Origin: Octopus bimaculoides
Taxonomy: Eukaryota
Length of the DNA stretch: 64,000 nt
NCBI RefSeq assembly: GCF_001194135.2
Contig: NC_068986.1
Location: forward strand, 69,768,966 to 69,832,965
Reading direction: 5' to 3'
Shown here: one piece after another, positions 53,629-64,000 of the stretch
Layout of the letters: every line of letters begins with the position of its first letter
Numbering within the stretch: the stretch's first letter is position 1
Position numbers and translations under genes: made by a program
Notes under the pieces: generated by a model
The model's database searches: none
What the model saw: only the letters and a program-made list of their open reading frames with translations
Told to the model about the DNA's origin: nothing

Positions 53629-54526
53629 ATAAGCAGGCAATGGATTCGTGAGCATATACAAAAACGCTGATATATATGCATATAACTTCTTTCTCAAATT
53701 CGGTAATGTGTGTAAGGGGATGTATATGAATATATTAGTAATTATATATGATTTTCTGTACAAATTTGTATGCATTCAAAGAATGTGTGCTTAGATTTGC
53801 ATGCATATATATTTATGAATATTAAAATTATGCATTTATATGGGTAATGCTTGATAACATACAATTAGTATATTCATAGTGCTATGAAGGAATATGATGA
53901 AGGTTATACTCCAAAGGCAAAGAGGTCATTGCTCCAAAGATGAAATTATTTGACGTCAATGAAATCTGCGTTTACTTATTTAGGAATAGGAACTGTGTAC
54001 ACGCGTTGTCATAATTTAAGGGCAATCTTCTAGGTTAACAAGCTATTTTGGTGAACGGAGCGAACATACATAAATATGGTCAATATGAGTCAGAGATATG
54101 AGGTTCGAAAGAAGACAATTGGAATAGTGAGGTTTGGTTGATAACTATCGTTAGGAATTAAGTGTCGCCAAATTGAGACCTATCCAAAGGATTTGGCGAA
54201 TATATTGAAAATTGTGTCGAATATTAAGTAGATACTATTAAATAATGAGATAAAATAAATGTGAGATGAATGATGAATAAATAAAAAAAAAGAACAATAC
54301 AATGAATACTTTTGTAAATATAAGACATCCTCAGACTAATATTTTAGTTATCTGGTAAAAGAGATTTTCTAACTGCTAAAATGATGCTGATTTTTTAGCG
54401 ATCAAGTGAAACGAAAGCATAGCTAACAGAAAGAAAAGCAATATAATGTGGATAAATAAGCTTATATAATATAATTATTATATAAGATAATAATCATTAT
54501 GAGGATAATAATGATGATAATTATAA

Positions 54527-54732
54527 TGATTTCAAATTTTGGCACAATGCCAACAATTTGGGGGGAAGTGGGAAGTCGACCCTAGGGCTCAACTGCCACT
54601 TATTCTATCGACTCTGAAAGGGTGAAAGGTAAAATCGACCTAAGCGGAATCTCAACTTAGAACATAAAGACGGACGAAATGACACTGAGCATTTTGCACG
54701 ACGCGCTAACGATTTTACCAGTTCGTCGCCTA
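54527..54732 (-). mobile_element. SINE family B
   Basis: TTCAAATTTTGGCACAATGCC...GCTAACGATTTTACCAGTTCGTCGCC. Confidence 0.87.
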
Positions 54733-54736
54733 AATC

Positions 54737-57044
<2,308 letters not shown>

Positions 57045-57265
57045 AATAATAATAATAATAATAATATTAATAATGGTTCAAGGTCTGAAATTTTGCGAGA
57101 GGAGGCTAGTCGATTAAATCGATCCCAGTCTACAACAACTGGTATTTATTTGTTTTATTGAACACTAAAGGATGAAAATTAAAGTTAACCCCTAATGGGT
57201 TTGAAACCGAAACGCATAGAGGTAGAACGACCACTACAAGGTCCGTGGCTTTAACGGTTGTACCA
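57045..57265 (-). mobile_element. SINE family B, diverged, with (ATT)n tail abutting the Dong 3' end
   Basis: AAGGTCTGAAATTTTG..GGAGG..AGTCGATTAAATCGATCCCAGT..CAACTGGTATTTATTT..AAAGGATGAAA. Confidence 0.72.
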
Positions 57266-57949
57266 AATAATGGATTAAATGAATAATGGTTGAGATATTT
57301 GTGTTTAAGATAGTAATCACAAATAAACACCAAAGAATAAACACTTAGGCAATTCGGAATATTCTATTTCAGGAAGCTTATTCTGGGTTCTCCGGCAGTC
57401 TGTTACATTAGAATGACAATAGAACAACATATTACTTCAACAACTTTTCTTTTCCAGTTTATTTGCATTTTATGTTTTATTTCTCAAAGAAAACTGATTA
57501 TGTCACGTTCATGTTTCCTCTAGGAACAAGTTGTAACCTTTTACTCTATCTCTCCACTACGTATTTTATATCTCTATCTGGATCATGAAATTACCTAGGT
57601 TTTCCCTATGATCTATGTAGTTTTATACAGCTTTTTTTTAAACAATATCGAGCAAATTTTTTTAATTACTTTCCATGACACATACACACACGCACATACA
57701 CGCATACGTGACGCTAATCTAACAATCCGCGTTCAATGTTTATCATCATCAGCATCATCACATCAGACCATCATAACCATCGCTAGCATATCATTTCCAC
57801 CCCGATTTAACTTCAGCAGTTTTTTTTTTCTTTTATTTATCTATTTATTTATTTATTTGTTTTTCTGCTAGTAATTTCAGTTCCACAAGCAACAACAAAA
57901 TCTGTTTTATCACTTTCACTTTCAAAATACTGTAATCTTATCGTTATTA

Positions 57950-59400
<1,451 letters not shown>

Positions 59401-62400
59401 GATTGCTATATTCCTCATCCTACCCACAATCCAATTTTCTTTTCTCGTAATTTGCTTTCGTTGCAATATTTCTGTAGAAAGACCTTGAACAGATTAAAAT
59501 CGCTAAGTTAGCACAACACACACACACAAACACACACACATACACACATATTATCGATAAGGTAGAAAGCTAGCACGTGACGGCTGTCTCCGCCACACAC
59601 CATCGACCTGACTGCATCATGCCAAAGAAGAGAGCGACCGGTGTTACCATGACCCAGATTCGTATTCTTCCATTGACTTCTGCAAGAAATAAATAGGAGA
59701 AAAAAAGCAATGAACAAAAAAAAAACAAATAAATGAACAAAGACATTAAGTAGAAAGCAAAACGAAAGTCTTTAATCCGATTTCTTTTATTTGTATTTTT
59801 TTTATTTTTCTTCTCAGTTCTTTCTCTTTTTTTTTTCTTTCTCTATGTATGTAGCCTTCAGGTTATTCCCTTTCTGTTATGCTAGCAGCCCATACTTTTT
59901 TTCCACCATGTTTACCTTCTCCCTTTAAACTACATTCTTCTCACCTTCTTTTTCCCTTAATTTCGATCCTACCTATTTTCATGTATCATCAGTTCTCTCT
60001 ATGTCTCTATCTCTATCTCTCTATCTCTCTATCATCTATCTACCTTTTCTCCTTTCTTGCCTTCTCTAGCTATCCAATTTTATTTGTCTTTCTTCTCTTC
60101 TCTCCTTTCTGTATTTACTTCGTCTCACTGCTCCATCCACCATTACTACTACCATCACGTTCTTCGTCATATCTTTACAAGACGTTAGCTTTCTTTGATG
60201 TTTTACCTTCAAGTCTTCTCAAAGTGAGCGGGTTAGCTTCTCTTCAAATTATTGTATCGATTTCTTCTCCACCACTACTTCCACCGTCACTCTATTTCTT
60301 TACACATTCAGTATTCTGCTTCTCTGCACGTGTGGCTGCGTCGCAAACGCAACACACATCGTTTATCTATTGCGTGTACATTAATGCACTCTGTAAATAT
60401 GTGCGTTCCTAAATTATATGTTCACTTGTACATACTGAAATGTATATGCGTGGCCATGGATTCACAAACGTATATAATACACACACATTCAAACACATGT
60501 ACGTAACTAGATAGCTTAATTCAATGAAAAGTTGGCTCAGTAGATACGTGAAAATATAGGTGCGTCTTTGGCAAATCTGATAGATTACAGGGTGGGTGTA
60601 TGGTTGGATAAATTGAGGGTGTATGGATGGATAGATAGCACAGTGTGATTTTGTGAGTGGATGAGCTGGATAAGAGATGAGGAGGAGGATAAGATTTATG
60701 TTTAAGTAGAACGAGATAGTGATCTAAATTGCTTAGCAAATTTATTTCCTGTTGAACTTCAACCTGCCAAATGTAATATTGGTACCAGCCAAACGGTCTT
60801 GTCATTCAATTTCTACCAGTGTCTGATTTTAAAATCATACTGACAATTAAAAGAAAAAAGAAAATATTTGCTTTGACTGATAACCCCTTTTATAAGTGTT
60901 ACTATGTAAATGCGTTTGTAGAATATATGTGTGTACGTCTCCGAACGTGTTTTTATTGAATCGGCTGGTATACATCTGGCCGATTAGGAAGAATAAAACT
61001 CGTCATGCTTCTTACCATATTCTAAGCACTACGAACACGCATAGCATACGTACCTCATATTATGTAAGATAAAAACGACTGTCAGTTATACGTGAAACAT
61101 ACAATTTTCATGATCTATTCTGAATTACACATGATGTGTGCACTTATGGGTGTTTATGATTAATGCACTTTGTATATATTGCGCTTGCATATATATCTGT
61201 ACATATTGTATATTTTGTGACATTCCCTTTATAAAAACAACACACACAAACACGCACACACACACACATTATGTGTGCATGTACGCTCGCTATACTTTAT
61301 ATTTTATGAAGTATAAATTGTGAATACATTTCCAGAGGTTTCAAACAGATGAGTGGTGACTGAACCGAATTTGCCACTGTTACGAAATATGAACACACGT
61401 TTGAACATGGCGGTACCTTAGTCAAATATTATAAAGTTTATCTAATCGTTTTATGACCCGGTTTCCATTACTGGATTGGGCCACTCACATCACAAATATT
61501 CTTGAGAGCAACTTGAAAGACACGATTTTTCATTTCATCTGGTCTAAATTTCTGATTCTTTTCTATGTAAAAAAAAAAAAAGAATCAATAACAGTTTATT
61601 CTCATCATTCTATCAATCGTTGGTTAGTCTCTTTCTTTCCATCTGTCTCCCCAGCCGATTATTATCATTTGAACATTATAGTGCCACACAAGTATTCACA
61701 GAAAACAAGTGAGACGACATTTACTGCTTTCAACGTTGCAAGAATACCGAATTTCAAAAATAATTACAGCGTAAATTTACAAGAGGTTTCCAGTAACTAA
61801 GTAGCTAGTTTTCTTTACGTTAACATATACCGTCTTTTACATCAATTGATGGTGCTTGAAGAATCCATTGCAGTCAACTGAACGATTTGTGCAGCGTAGC
61901 AAAATCTTTTCTAATATTAGTTCTGTGCTTTGAATTGATACTTAAGAGAGTTATAAAAGACACCGGAGTATTTGTGTACATGCGTTTGTGTGTGTGTGTC
62001 GCGTATGTCTCTGTTTTGCGCCTGCGTAAATGTCTATATGTGTTTTCATGTGTATGAGATAATGATCGTCTGTGGATATACTTTCCTACTTCAAACGTTT
62101 TACAATGATTCTTGTCTCCGCGAAAATTTGTTAGAAGAGAGACTGAGAAGCAAATAGTTTGTATTTAAGGAATATTTCGTTTGATATTCTTTATTACGAA
62201 CCCTATTTGAACTTCTAATATGCCTTTGGTTAAGAATCGAGAATTGTTATCAGGTTATGTGGAAAAGGCAATCCAAGGATATTATTAAATGTTTTTTCAG
62301 TTGAACCGTAAAAATCAACAAACGTAGTCGCTACCCATACAGAAGTTCTTAATATATTCGTTTAGAGAGCGATTTGTTGGTGGTGGAATTATTGATAATA

Positions 62401-63090
62401 TTGAGAAAAATGCCACAATAACTAAAATATGAATAAGAATATACTAAACATGAGAAAGTAAACACGTTAAATGAATGTATAATTAGGAAAGTGTAAGACT
62501 GAATGCAGTGGATTTATTGTCGTAGCTTCACTTTGATCTAAGTAAACAAGCAATTAAGCAATCGATTCATCTGATATTTGGGTGTATATGTAGCCGTTCC
62601 TTATTATGTAACCTAAGAAAACAGATCCAATTAGGTAACATGCAGAGCATGTGCATCTGAATTTTCAGCATTATTGTTATGATTCGCTTGCTTTACACAT
62701 TAAAACATAGAATGAATATATATATATATATGTATACGTATACACATATGTCCATTCATACACGTGGAAAAAACTTGTACATATTTTTGTCTTCCAAATA
62801 CTACTTACGAGTTACTAATAGTTTGAGGCTATGCGAGAAGACACCTACCTACCCTAAGGCATGCTGCCGTCTTACAATTAAACTCTGATCCGTTTAGTTT
62901 CAAATACCTATGTCTGCGGCCAAATCGTATGAAATATATTATATAGGAGAATGGTCTCCCGGAACAATTACCGCAACGAAAGGTTCTCCCACAGACGATC
63001 ATTATTCGTGTAAATAACTTTACACGGATATGTATATGTATATGTACACATATACATACGTACATACATACATATATATGGAAATATGTT

Positions 63091-63128
<38 letters not shown>

Positions 63129-63309
63129 AATATACATACGTACATACATATATGAAAATATGTTAATATATATATGTATATGTACGTATGCATATATACA
63201 CGCAAATGTATATACACATACATACGTATATATACAATATAGATACATACACACACACGTGTTTGCTTTGTAAAAGATTGTTCTCCGATGCCTTCAATGA
63301 AGGTTACTC

Positions 63310-63440
63310 TGTTTTTCGATCAAGTGAATTACATTACCCGCTTATCGAATTAAGTGACCGAGAAATCCACAAATGCATGTATCCTTAACGTGATTCTCGG
63401 GCAAAATCAGCGGGATAGTTGTGCGGCCAGGCCCTACTGT
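63310..63440 (-). mobile_element. Diverged SINE family D tail
   Basis: CGCTGATTTTGCCCGAGAATCACGTTAAGGATACATGCATTTGTGGA aligns with the 53305 copy. Confidence 0.55.
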
Positions 63441-63567
63441 CTAAATTGTGGCTATAGTCCATCTGAAGGACAGTTTTGTCAGTCCAATTCCAATATGTGG
63501 CAGTCAAAATCTTCGGTATATGCACTGGTTCGATTCTTCATAGTTTCCGTGAGTAAAGTTAATATAT

Positions 63568-63930
63568 GACGTTTCGAGCTCAGTCGGATCCTTTACAGAC
63601 GAATAGGAGAAGGATTTCTGTGTGGTACAGAGTATATAAAAATTGATACCTTGAATGTGTAATATAGACGATCGGCGTAACTGTAATCACATAAGACTTG
63701 CTCCGGGACTTTGCGTTCATATACTACCATTAGCTTAGTTAGGAGGAAGATCTAACCTGCCATCCGGGTGTCTTGGATACCATTAGCGGAGTCCACTCTA
63801 TTGCGAGCATTCGAGTTAAGTTTCGGCTTGATGATAATTTCTTGCCTAACTCACTCCTCCTACTAGTTCCAGGGACCCTACCATGTCATGGATAGTGCCT
63901 TCCCTCCCAACTAATACACCTCCATTCATA
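63568..63930 (-). mobile_element. Penelope-like 3' remnant with degenerate hammerhead end
   Basis: The minus strand reads TTCTCCTATTCGTCTGTAAAGGATCCGACTGAGCTCGAAACGTC. It shares TCTCCTATTC..CTGT and GCTCGAAACGT with the 25130-25172 end. Confidence 0.4.
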
Positions 63931-63956
63931 TGAACATATGTAGAAGAATATATGCA

Positions 63957-64000
<44 letters not shown>

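Overview
AT-rich eukaryotic DNA crowded with di-, tri- and tetranucleotide microsatellites, with eight N-gaps. The SINE families and microsatellite density suggest an octopus/coleoid cephalopod draft assembly (inference from recall, no search run). No intact host gene is recognisable, and almost all listed ORFs are microsatellite or gap artefacts. The clearest coding element is a 5'-truncated, frameshifted R4/Dong-type non-LTR retrotransposon (about 54844-57044: RT, CCHC finger, restriction-like endonuclease) sitting in a (TAA)n array. Also present are several decayed RTE-like and RLE-type LINE fragments, about 25 copies of at least five SINE families, three MITE-like elements with terminal inverted repeats, and Penelope-like ends with minimal hammerhead motifs. 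The observations least explained by ordinary repeat annotation are a pre-miRNA-like 96-nt hairpin (48101-48196), a perfect 33-bp hairpin (9450-9528), a minimal hammerhead with a non-canonical CUGUUGA core inside an inverted Penelope-end pair (24966-25272), and the Dong insertion into a SINE-derived TAA tail. No confident new multi-gene system was found.
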